Source: an uncultured Aquimarina sp. | GTDB taxonomy: Bacteria; Bacteroidota; Bacteroidia; Flavobacteriales; Flavobacteriaceae | Direction: 5' to 3' | Assembly: GCA_947489195.1 (NCBI GenBank) | Contig: CANLCT010000013.1 | Span: 11,100-75,099, forward strand | DNA length: 64,000 nucleotides | Shown: piece by piece, positions 37,681 through 45,973 of the stretch | How positions within the stretch are numbered: position 1 is the stretch's first letter | Layout of the letters: each line of letters opens with the position of its first letter | Translations under genes and position numbers: made by a program | Notes under the pieces: generated by a model | The model's database searches: none | What the model was told of the DNA's origin: nothing | The model's input: only the letters and a program-made list of their open reading frames with translations

Positions 37681-38268
37681 ATGTTACAAGAACTTAGAGC
37701 AGCCACTAAACCAATACACGATAAAGCAGAAACACTCTCTTTAGCTAGTAAAATTATCGATCACACTATTACCAAAGATGAATACAAACAATTGCTTTTA
37801 CAACATTTTAAAATTTATAGTGCTGTGGAAACCTTTGTAATTAAAAATAAAGCCCTATTACCAAATCCAATATGTACATATGCAGGTAAGCTTAAGTCTT
37901 CAAAATTAAAGCAAGATTTAAAAGAAAACTACGGCATTTGTGAATTTGATCTACCACAAATTACTCCCATACAATTGCCTGCAACATTACCTAGTATTTT
38001 AGGAGCACTTTATGTAATTGAAGGCTCGATGCTCGGTGGGTTATTGATTAAAAAGAATTTACAAGAATGTGTTCAGCTTAATTTTATAACAGAGCATTAT
38101 TTTTTTAATGATCATACCAAAGATGTAATTTCAAAATGGAAAAGCTTTTGTGCTTACATAGAATCTACTTCTTTTGACAAAGAAGAAATTACAATGGCTA
38201 CTTATGCTGCCGAAGAAACCTTCACAATTTTTATCAAGAATTATATAACATCACAAAAGAAGTTGTAA
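37681..38268 (+). CDS. bphO: Heme oxygenase (biliverdin-producing, BphO-type)
   Basis: 195 aa, starting 1 nt after the RR stop. 'LRAATKPIHDKAE' is the proximal-His segment; 'GALYVIEGSMLGG' is also present. Confidence 0.8.
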   Translation: MLQELRAATKPIHDKAETLSLASKIIDHTITKDEYKQLLLQHFKIYSAVETFVIKNKALLPNPICTYAGKLKSSKLKQDLKENYGICEFDLPQITPIQLPATLPSILGALYVIEGSMLGGLLIKKNLQECVQLNFITEHYFFNDHTKDVISKWKSFCAYIESTSFDKEEITMATYAAEETFTIFIKNYITSQKKL

Positions 38269-38465
38269 AACCCTTTAACAATATTTCTTAAGTTTTTTGC
38301 TGTATTTTCAACCACAAAGCACTTAATTTCAGTAAATTAAACCCCTTTTAAAAGTATTAATAGTTCGTTCTACATCATTAATACCGAATAAGCTTAGCAT
38401 CCATTTTCTAAAAACTGTATAACGTTTTCCAAAAATCGTGTAACAAAATACAAGGACTACTCCTG

Positions 38466-38473
38466 TAACTTTG
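38466..38473 (+). promoter_or_regulatory. Candidate -7 promoter element (TAnnTTTG) for AraC paralogue 4
   Basis: TAACTTTG at 38466-38473, 39 nt upstream of ATG 38512. Confidence 0.35.
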
Positions 38474-38511
38474 TAAACACAAAACAAAAAAACTCAAAAA
38501 AACAATATACC

Positions 38512-39522
38512 ATGGAAAACGCAATAAAATATACTGAGGTTAAAACATATTTCACATTATTAGAAGAGCAACTTCAAGGTCGTTTTGAACAAGTTTACGG
38601 GGAGCAAATTATGAACATTAATAACTTAATTGCGAAAGGAACCGTAAAAGCTGTAGAAGTTAGAAAAAATAAATTCTACTTTGAGTTTGATTTAGAGGTT
38701 AAGAGAGAATTCAGTCTTGAAATACCACCTAAAGGATACAACGCAATCAACTTTTTATATTGCGAAAATGGTCAAATAGATCATGCTTTTGGTGAGTCAA
38801 ATGTATACAACACTATTAATGAATTCCAAACGGCAATTGTAGCCCACAAAACACAAAAAACCGTTTTAAGGTTTAGAGCAAATTCAAAAACAAATTTTAT
38901 TATAATATCTGTTTGTAATCAAGGTGATACTAAGCCTTCACCGATGATTGCTACGATACATTCTTTATTTACTAATAAAATGGAGAATAATAAATTTGCC
39001 TATTTTGGATCAATAAACTTGAAAATTTCCGAACAAATAAGTGCCTTAAAAAATATTACTGAAACAGGTATCGTTAGAAAGCTGTTACTAGATGGCACAG
39101 TCCAATTAATATTAGGTATGGAAATTAAACATCACAAAGAAGACCTTGCTAACAGAACAGTACATTCGAGTTCCTTAACTCGTAGAGAACTAGTGATCAT
39201 TAAAAAAATTGGTGAACGTATAAAAAACAATGTTGCAGATCAATATAGTATAGAAATATTAATGGATGAAACTGGAATTTCTGCTTCCAAATTACAAGAA
39301 GGCTTTAAATTACTATACAATAGAACAGTAACAGACTACATTAAAAATTTGCGTGTAGAAGAATCAGAACGTTTAATTTGCGAAACAGATTTAAATGTAT
39401 CTCAAATAGTATATACCATAGGTTTTAGCAGTCGTAGTTATTTTTCTAAAATATTTCGTCAAAAATATAGATGTAGCCCAAATGAGTATCTGAATAAGCG
39501 AAGAGTAGCCGTATCGGCATAA
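38512..39522 (+). CDS. AraC/XylS-family regulator, paralogue 4 of 4
   Basis: 336 aa; 'INLKISEQI', 'KLQEGFKLLYNRTVTDYIKNLRVE', 'VSQIVYTIGFSSRSYFSKIF'. Confidence 0.85.
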   Translation: MENAIKYTEVKTYFTLLEEQLQGRFEQVYGEQIMNINNLIAKGTVKAVEVRKNKFYFEFDLEVKREFSLEIPPKGYNAINFLYCENGQIDHAFGESNVYNTINEFQTAIVAHKTQKTVLRFRANSKTNFIIISVCNQGDTKPSPMIATIHSLFTNKMENNKFAYFGSINLKISEQISALKNITETGIVRKLLLDGTVQLILGMEIKHHKEDLANRTVHSSSLTRRELVIIKKIGERIKNNVADQYSIEILMDETGISASKLQEGFKLLYNRTVTDYIKNLRVEESERLICETDLNVSQIVYTIGFSSRSYFSKIFRQKYRCSPNEYLNKRRVAVSA

Positions 39523-39857
39523 AATATATTAGTTAGTTTTATTTATTAGTTGGTTTGACCCCTTCATTAACACCATTGTGCTGATTGAAGGGTTTTTTAT
39601 CTACGTTAGATACATAAAGTGATTAAAAAAAATCGCGTATCTCTTTTTTTTATACAATTCATACATTAAAAAATAGTTCAACCACTTCTATTAAAATGGT
39701 TTAGTGGTGTATCCTTACAATAAAACTTCATCAAGTTTTTAATATGTTTAAATAATACACTATTTCATAAATTGACTCAAGTTTAGCTTTGTAAAATTAA
39801 AAATCTCACCACAAACGAAAGTAGTAGTGAAGTACATACACCGATCGATAATGTGAT

Positions 39858-40322
39858 TTAAGAATTTTTTAAATAACGCCTTTTACGTTCCAACACTATT
39901 CCCATATGATAAATATCCTTTAATAAAGCCCTATGAGAAAATACGGTATCTTCACTCATTTCAATCATAGAATTTTCGAATGTTTCAGCATCAAGATTAA
40001 GGTAATTCCCAAAAAATAAGGGATTGAGCTCCCCTTTTTTTTACTTATCCACAGTTAATTGTCCTTTTTCATTTTCTGGCATAATTGCCAATATGGCGTA
40101 TATTATCGATAATAAACAAAAAACACTCACTACAGTCAATACTATAAACTTAAAACTGTAAAGTAGTTCTTCATCAATTAGTTTCCCAATTAAAAATGAT
40201 AAGATAATTACGTTGATTGAAAGTATTATTCTTGCCTTTCTATCTACCATTTGGTTTAATGTGTTATGGTTTCTGGACGTGGCAGTTAACATACTAGTAA
40301 ATGATTTATTGGGCTTCATCAA
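39858..40322 (-). pseudogene. Stand-alone DUF5706/PycTM-like gene interrupted by an in-frame TAA and apparently C-terminally truncated
   Basis: The track ORF 40041..40322 ends '...GQLTVDK*'. The same frame continues 'KKGELNPLFFGNYLNLDAETFENSMIEMSEDTVFSHRALLKDIYHMGIVLERKRRYLKNS*'. This aligns with 'KKANLLFFGNFHKMPLETFQWGIKEII...DLYYLGLVLHKKYKLLK' of 4010..5233. Confidence 0.55.
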
Positions 40323-40462
40323 AACATTTCAAGTTTAATAGTTTATAATAGCGTGTAATATATTTCCATTTTGGAATAATGAATTTAATAAAGTTTTTAA
40401 CAAATCTGACCTTATATATTAATAACATATATATTTTGTTAATTTAGCTTAAAACTGTGCCT

Positions 40463-41908
40463 ATGCATATAAATACTTGTCTTATTCATATTGTTATTAT
40501 ATGCTGCTATTTTTTTACATCCAATGTGCATTCTCAAAAAATCACAGCAATAGAAGGCAGTTTTGGTATTGATAAAAGTAAAAAGATTATTGTTTGGCAC
40601 AACAAGAATATGGACTCACTTTTATCGAAATATAAAAAAGTTGATAGTCTAAATTTTGAAGAAGATTTTGCTATTATTGACTCTTCAGCCACGATAAAAG
40701 ACTCCATTAAGATTAAATTAAGTAATCGAAACGAAATTTATTCACTTTATGTAACCAAACTTCCCGTAATTCACATTACTACTAAGAATACTATTGTTAA
40801 TGATCCTAAGGTTCCTGCCAATATAACCTACTTTTATCAAAATAAACTTATAAATAATTTAACTGGAATAGAACTCCGCGGTAATATATCGCTAAACTTT
40901 CCTAAAAAAAATTATGATTTAGAAATTTGGACAGATAGCATAACAAAAAATTCAAAAGATGTTAAATTTCATGGTCTCCGAAATGATGATGATTGGATAC
41001 TAGATGCTATATATACCGAACCGCTCCGCATACGATCTCATTTTGCACAAAATCTTTGGAAAAAAATCCATAAACCTCAGTATCATCTGGAAGCACCTAA
41101 TGCAAAAAGTGGTATTGAAAGTAAATTTGTTGAAGTTTTTAAAAACAACACTTATATAGGCTTACATACACTTTTAGAGCCTATTGATCGTAAATTACTT
41201 ATGTTGAAAAAAAGTGATCAACAACAAGTTTATGGTGAATTATTTAAAGCTTCTGCCTATGAAGGTGGTCCTTCATTTAGCAAAGCGCCACCTTTTAAAA
41301 ATATTTTTCCGCATTGGGCTGGTTTTCAAATGAGATATCCCGTGATTGATTACAATTCACACTGGGACGATCTACATACGTTTGTAAATCTAGTTGTAAA
41401 TGGAACAGATAATGATTTTATTAGTACTATTGAAAAATGGGTAGCTATTGAAAACATTATCGATTACTATTTGTTCATAAACTTAATAAGAGCTACTGAT
41501 AATTTAGGGAAAAATTATTATTTAGGAAAATATGACAAAGGCTATCCTTACTTTTTTATTGTATGGGATCTTGACGGTGTTATGGGAATAAATCCAGAAG
41601 GTAAAAGAGCCCCTAGAACTAAAGATATCCTCAGTAATGGTTTGTTTGATCGCCTTTTAAAACTTAATCCCAATAGATATAAAGAAAAATTAAAATCCAG
41701 ATGGCTAAACCTACGTGAAACCGATTTTAACGATACTAACCTATTAAACCAAGTAGATAAATTATATACTAAATTCAAAAATGAAAAAATTTATGAAAGA
41801 GAAGCTATGTTATGGCAAAATGAGTCAAACCAAGAACAGTACATTTACCTTAAGGAATGGATAAAGGATAGAACTCATTTTCTTGACTCCTATTTTAATG
41901 AATTATAG
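40463..41908 (+). CDS. CotH-family (atypical kinase fold) secreted protein
   Basis: About 481 aa from ATG 40463 (the track starts at GTG 40457), with a signal peptide. 'GKNYYLGKYDKGYPYFFIVWDLDGVMG' matches the CotH core. Confidence 0.8.
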   Translation: MHINTCLIHIVIICCYFFTSNVHSQKITAIEGSFGIDKSKKIIVWHNKNMDSLLSKYKKVDSLNFEEDFAIIDSSATIKDSIKIKLSNRNEIYSLYVTKLPVIHITTKNTIVNDPKVPANITYFYQNKLINNLTGIELRGNISLNFPKKNYDLEIWTDSITKNSKDVKFHGLRNDDDWILDAIYTEPLRIRSHFAQNLWKKIHKPQYHLEAPNAKSGIESKFVEVFKNNTYIGLHTLLEPIDRKLLMLKKSDQQQVYGELFKASAYEGGPSFSKAPPFKNIFPHWAGFQMRYPVIDYNSHWDDLHTFVNLVVNGTDNDFISTIEKWVAIENIIDYYLFINLIRATDNLGKNYYLGKYDKGYPYFFIVWDLDGVMGINPEGKRAPRTKDILSNGLFDRLLKLNPNRYKEKLKSRWLNLRETDFNDTNLLNQVDKLYTKFKNEKIYEREAMLWQNESNQEQYIYLKEWIKDRTHFLDSYFNEL

Positions 41909-43117
41909 CTTTAAGGGAATCTTAGCACCAAGATCATCAATAGTAAATTCCTTACCATGTTCGATAAGTAGACCCTTAGTTTTGCCAGAGTACTTATCCT
42001 TTCCATGTGATACATCAGTTCCTATAACTTTCCCATTAAAACTCATTGCAATAGTATCTACGGGCGTATGACCAACTACTATTTTATCAATAGTGTAATA
42101 ACTCAAAACACGATCAAGAGCTTCTATTTTTATTTTCAAGTAGTTTAATCTATTCATAAAATAACCTCGATACCAAAAAGGTCCCTTAGGACTGTATAAA
42201 AAATTTATAGTACTATCACTTTCTAAGTTTTGAGAATAATAATTTAATCGTGTTTTATTATTTATATCATGTAATGATAATTTATATTTTAACAAATCTG
42301 AACTAAATCCTCCATGAACAAATAAATACTTTCCTATTTGTTCCACAACATTTTTTGTAGCCAACCATTTGCCTAATTCAGTTTTGGTTGAATACATATA
42401 CTTTATCGCCTTCTTTTTATCTTTTTTACCGCTAATATCCTGAGCTACTTTAATATATTTTTTTCTGTTATATTTATGATTACCCTGAAAATTAAGCACT
42501 TCATGGTTTCCTAATATAAAGTGCACTACTCCACCTCTCTTTTTAGCTTGAAATTCTAACTTATATATTAACCACAATACTTGTGTTACATTTTTACCAC
42601 GATCCACAAAATCACCAACCAATACTAAATGTCCATTATCAAAGGTCCAATTATGATTCGTATCCATAATTCCATTTGAAATAAGAAAACTTGAAAATGC
42701 ATTGTATTGACCTTCTATATCAGAAATAACCACCAACTTTGAAGGCATATCGTAATGAGTCTTTGGAAATTCATATTTTGACTGCAGGGCAACATTAAAT
42801 TGATCATCATACCTATTATCTACCCTTACCAGTACAGAATCTATACCATGACTATTGGCCATTACCAATTGATTTTGATGATTCACCCTATACAAAGTAT
42901 CTCCTACGATATATGGCCCATCTTTTCCATTATACTTCAACAAGTCCTTCTTTTTTCCTTTTTTACTGATAGTATCTCTTAATTTCAAGCTATTTGAAAT
43001 AGTTTTTTCTTGCGAATAAGAGGTGTTAAAAAAATATAAAACACAAAAGAGAACCAAACAAAGTATATTGATTGGAGTTATTTTATTTTTTCTATTTATT
43101 CTAATCAAGTGAAACAT
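41903..43117 (-). CDS. Secreted calcineurin-like/PPP-type metallophosphoesterase
   Basis: Likely start at the internal Met ('MFHLIRINRKNKITPINILCLVLFCVLYFF'). Motifs are 'VISDIEGQ', 'LVGDFVDRGKN' and 'LGNHEVLN'. The stop codon abuts the CotH stop codon. Confidence 0.75.
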   Translation of the reverse strand: MFHLIRINRKNKITPINILCLVLFCVLYFFNTSYSQEKTISNSLKLRDTISKKGKKKDLLKYNGKDGPYIVGDTLYRVNHQNQLVMANSHGIDSVLVRVDNRYDDQFNVALQSKYEFPKTHYDMPSKLVVISDIEGQYNAFSSFLISNGIMDTNHNWTFDNGHLVLVGDFVDRGKNVTQVLWLIYKLEFQAKKRGGVVHFILGNHEVLNFQGNHKYNRKKYIKVAQDISGKKDKKKAIKYMYSTKTELGKWLATKNVVEQIGKYLFVHGGFSSDLLKYKLSLHDINNKTRLNYYSQNLESDSTINFLYSPKGPFWYRGYFMNRLNYLKIKIEALDRVLSYYTIDKIVVGHTPVDTIAMSFNGKVIGTDVSHGKDKYSGKTKGLLIEHGKEFTIDDLGAKIPLKL

Positions 43118-43195
43118 AATATAAATTGAAGGATATGTAAAATTAAGTAAAATCAAATTAGATTCAATATCATTATTTTTTTGATATTTTGAATT

Positions 43196-43303
43196 ATGAT
43201 AATTCAGCAACAAGTTTTACCGTTAAGTGAGTATAGTTCTTTATACGATTTAATCGTTCCTAAAGAGATTTTATTAAGAAAGATTAACGATTTGATTTTA
43301 TAG
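43196..43303 (+). mobile_element. Remnant of an IS transposase N-terminus (DUF772 / InsH-N-terminal type, IS5/IS1182-like)
   Basis: A 35-aa ORF, MIIQQQVLPLSEYSSLYDLIVPKEILLRKINDLIL*. 'LYDLIVPKEILLRKINDLI' matches the conserved 'L.DLIP.DH.LRKI..L.DF' start of these transposases. No catalytic domain follows. Confidence 0.45.
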
Positions 43304-43446
43304 GACGTACAAACATAGAAAGTAATGATGGTGTAAAGCAGATAGGAAATGTTACTTTTGAGGAACCAAGCTTATAAAAAGATTAATTGAAAATTTTGAC
43401 CTTATAAGTATTTTTAGTTTAAAATAATATTCAAATAAAAATAACA

Positions 43447-44394
43447 ATGAAAGTAGTATTAGGTATAGATATTGGAGGAACAAGAACCAAACTTGGGCTA
43501 GTTTGTGATGAGGGTAGAATTCATAAGGAAAAAAGCTTCTCTACAAAAGATCACAATGATTTCGATAGATATATAGATCAATTAACTCAAGAAGTAAATA
43601 CTTTAATTGAGAAAGATGAAATTTATGATGTTATTGGAATAGGTATAGGAGCACCTAATGCATCAAGCAAAAGAGGAACTATTGAAAATGCCGCTAACCT
43701 AAATTGGAAAGGTTCTTTGCCTATTGTGAAATCATTAGAAAAATATTTTAATGTACCAATTAAATTAATGAATGATGCAAGTGCAGCTGCTTTGGGGGAA
43801 AAGTTATTTGGTGGAGCAAAAGAAATGGATGATTTCATTAGTGTCACTCTAGGGACAGGCTTCGGTGGAGGAGTATTTTGTAATGGTCAGCTCGTTGATG
43901 GTTTTGATGGTTTTGCTGGAGAATTAGGTCATATAGACATGACCATTGGAGACGGAAGACTAACTGGTTTAAATATTAAGGGAGGGTTAGAAGCTTATGT
44001 TTCGGTCACTGGCTTAAGAAGAACTGTATCTCACATGCTTTGTTACTATATGAATGATAGCCCCCTTAGAGCAATTTCGTATGACGACCTTACAGGCGAA
44101 ATTATATCCGATGAAGCTAGAAAAGGTGATTTTATTGCACAACAAGTATTTGAATATACGGCTGAAATTTTAGGTTCTGCATTATCAAATTTCGTGGCTT
44201 TTACTCAACCAGAAGCCATCTTTATGGCAGGAGGTTTGACTAAAAGTTCTGATCTATTATTGGAACCAACTAAGAAATATTTAGAACAAAATTTATTAGA
44301 AGTTTACAGAGGAAAAGTGAAGCTTTTAATTTCTCCGCTCATTGATAAAAACCCTGCCATTTTAGGAGCTGCAGCTTTGATTTGGAATGAGTGA
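43447..44394 (+). CDS. ROK-family sugar kinase (glucokinase-like)
   Basis: 315 aa; 'GIDIGGTRTKLG' ASKHA phosphate-1 motif and 'FAGELGHI'. The usual CxCGxxGC zinc motif is absent ('TGLNIKGGLE'). Confidence 0.8.
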   Translation: MKVVLGIDIGGTRTKLGLVCDEGRIHKEKSFSTKDHNDFDRYIDQLTQEVNTLIEKDEIYDVIGIGIGAPNASSKRGTIENAANLNWKGSLPIVKSLEKYFNVPIKLMNDASAAALGEKLFGGAKEMDDFISVTLGTGFGGGVFCNGQLVDGFDGFAGELGHIDMTIGDGRLTGLNIKGGLEAYVSVTGLRRTVSHMLCYYMNDSPLRAISYDDLTGEIISDEARKGDFIAQQVFEYTAEILGSALSNFVAFTQPEAIFMAGGLTKSSDLLLEPTKKYLEQNLLEVYRGKVKLLISPLIDKNPAILGAAALIWNE

Positions 44395-44515
44395 TTAGAA
44401 ACTTTTAAAAAGTACCTTTTTGAAGTACCTTTTAGCTATAAAATGCACTTAAAACCATTGAATTAAATTGCGTAAAATATTGATTTCCAGGGTATCTATA
44501 TTAATATAATCCTAT

Positions 44516-44556
44516 TCATAACCCGGAGGTCACGGGTTCAATTCCCGTTCTCGCTA
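44516..44556 (+). pseudogene. 3' half of a tRNA-Met(CAU) gene (anticodon loop to discriminator base); no 5' half present
   Basis: tTCATAA | CCCGG | AGGTC | ACGGG TTCAATT CCCGT | TCTCGCT A fits anticodon loop, stem 3' strand, variable loop, T-arm and acceptor 3' strand. No complementary 5' acceptor (agcgaga) or D-arm lies upstream. Confidence 0.55.
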
Positions 44557-44560
44557 CTAC

Positions 44561-44587
44561 AAAAACCCTTGATTTTCAAGGGTTTTT
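44561..44587 (+). terminator. Rho-independent terminator directly after the tRNA fragment
   Basis: aaaaacccttg / caagggttttt stem (44561-44571 and 44577-44587) followed by a T-run. Confidence 0.7.
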
Positions 44588-44923
44588 ATTTTTTTTAAAA
44601 GGTTTTCTTCTTTCATTTTTTAAGGTACTCCATCTAACAGATATAATATTGCGAAACAAAATGTGTCCTATAAAATTAAGTATTTAGAATATAAATTACT
44701 TATTATCAATTGCTACGAATTTGAGTCATTAGCAATAAGAAGTAAATTGCCTTCTGATATGTTATTAAAAAAAATACAATTTAATTGATTACCGAATTAG
44801 GGAATATAAAGTTCATTGAGATATTGAAATGTAATAAAAAGTAAACAGAAGCCTTTCATATCAAAAACTTATATTCTCTTAGTAAGCATTAAATTTGTAT
44901 TCTTATACATATTTAATAACGAA

Positions 44924-45973
44924 ATGAAAAAAAAGGCAATCTCTTCTGGTATTCCAAAAAACAATCTAGCCATAATAGTCTTTATTGGTTTTGCGATTTC
45001 TTTTCTAATAAACTTCAGTAAATTTTTAGCGCTTTTTAATCCAACACTTTCTTATTGGGATGAATATGATGTGGGTTCTGTTCCAATTTATCTTTCTCGT
45101 CTTATCCTATTTACAATTTTCTGTTCATTTATTTTGTATAGTAATGTTGCTACTTTTATTGAAGATAAATTCACTAAAATTAATCGAGTACTACTAGTAA
45201 TAGTGCAAATAACCTACAACATAATAGTTGCCATAATTTGCTTTTATATTTTTATTGCATTTACAAAATTTGTTCAATCAAGCATAGATAAAACAGAATA
45301 TCGAGGTTTAAAATACGCTTGGGGGTTTATGTTAATCCTATGTTTTTTTATTGGTACTTTATTAAAGTTTAAAATAAAACAGAAAGCTATTGAATTAGAA
45401 AAAGAACAGCTACTAAAATATAATCTTCAAAGCGAATTAAAAGCTCTTCAAAATCAACTAGATCCTCATTTTTTGTTTAATTCGTTAAATTCTTTAAATT
45501 ATATTATCAAAAATTTACCAGAACAAGCAACTAGTTTTGTTAGTAAATTATCGGGCATATACAGGTATATTCTTATGAGTAAAAATCGTGAGATGGTTTT
45601 AGTTAATGAAGAATTAGATTTTTTATCTGATTATAATGATTTAATAAAAGTCCGTTATGGGACAAATTTTGAAGTAATTATTGATTTAGCTCCAAAAATC
45701 AAGCAAGTAGCCATACCTATTTTAAGTTTGCAAATGTTGATTGAAAATGCAATTAAACACAATGAAGTGTCTAAAGAATTTCCATTATTGATTACTATTT
45801 ACAATGATTCTAATAATATAATAGTAAAAAATAAGATTCAACAAAAAATGAGTCCTGTGCATAGTCTGAAAGAAGGTTTATTAAACCTTTCTAAAAGATA
45901 TTCCCTTTTAAAAGGAAAAAAAATAGAAATTATAAACAGTGATGATTATTTTGAAGTAAAACTTCCAGTATGA
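44924..45973 (+). CDS. LytS/YehU-type sensor histidine kinase (His_kinase PF06580-like)
   Basis: 349 aa with four or five N-terminal TMs. 'LQNQLDPHFLFNSLNSL' is the H-box and 'ENAIKHN' is the N-box. Confidence 0.85.
   Translation: MKKKAISSGIPKNNLAIIVFIGFAISFLINFSKFLALFNPTLSYWDEYDVGSVPIYLSRLILFTIFCSFILYSNVATFIEDKFTKINRVLLVIVQITYNIIVAIICFYIFIAFTKFVQSSIDKTEYRGLKYAWGFMLILCFFIGTLLKFKIKQKAIELEKEQLLKYNLQSELKALQNQLDPHFLFNSLNSLNYIIKNLPEQATSFVSKLSGIYRYILMSKNREMVLVNEELDFLSDYNDLIKVRYGTNFEVIIDLAPKIKQVAIPILSLQMLIENAIKHNEVSKEFPLLITIYNDSNNIIVKNKIQQKMSPVHSLKEGLLNLSKRYSLLKGKKIEIINSDDYFEVKLPV

Noticed and set aside
4010-40322. A complete Pycsar-type defence system, assembled from the cyclase-like gene at 20710 plus the PycTM-like genes at 4010 and 39858.
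   Set aside because: The components are 15-19 kb apart and on unrelated transcription units. One effector-like gene is a pseudogene. The cyclase-like protein lacks the conserved Asn. Known systems are adjacent two-gene operons.
41883-42982. Plus-strand track ORFs 41883..42071 and 42800..42982.
   Set aside because: They are shadow ORFs inside the minus-strand phosphoesterase gene and have no motifs.
39858-44587. An intact integrative element or prophage bounded by the tRNA-Met fragment.
   Set aside because: No integrase, recombinase, excisionase, phage structural or conjugation genes are recognisable anywhere in the window. No second copy of the tRNA 3' sequence was seen either. Only a scar interpretation is defensible.
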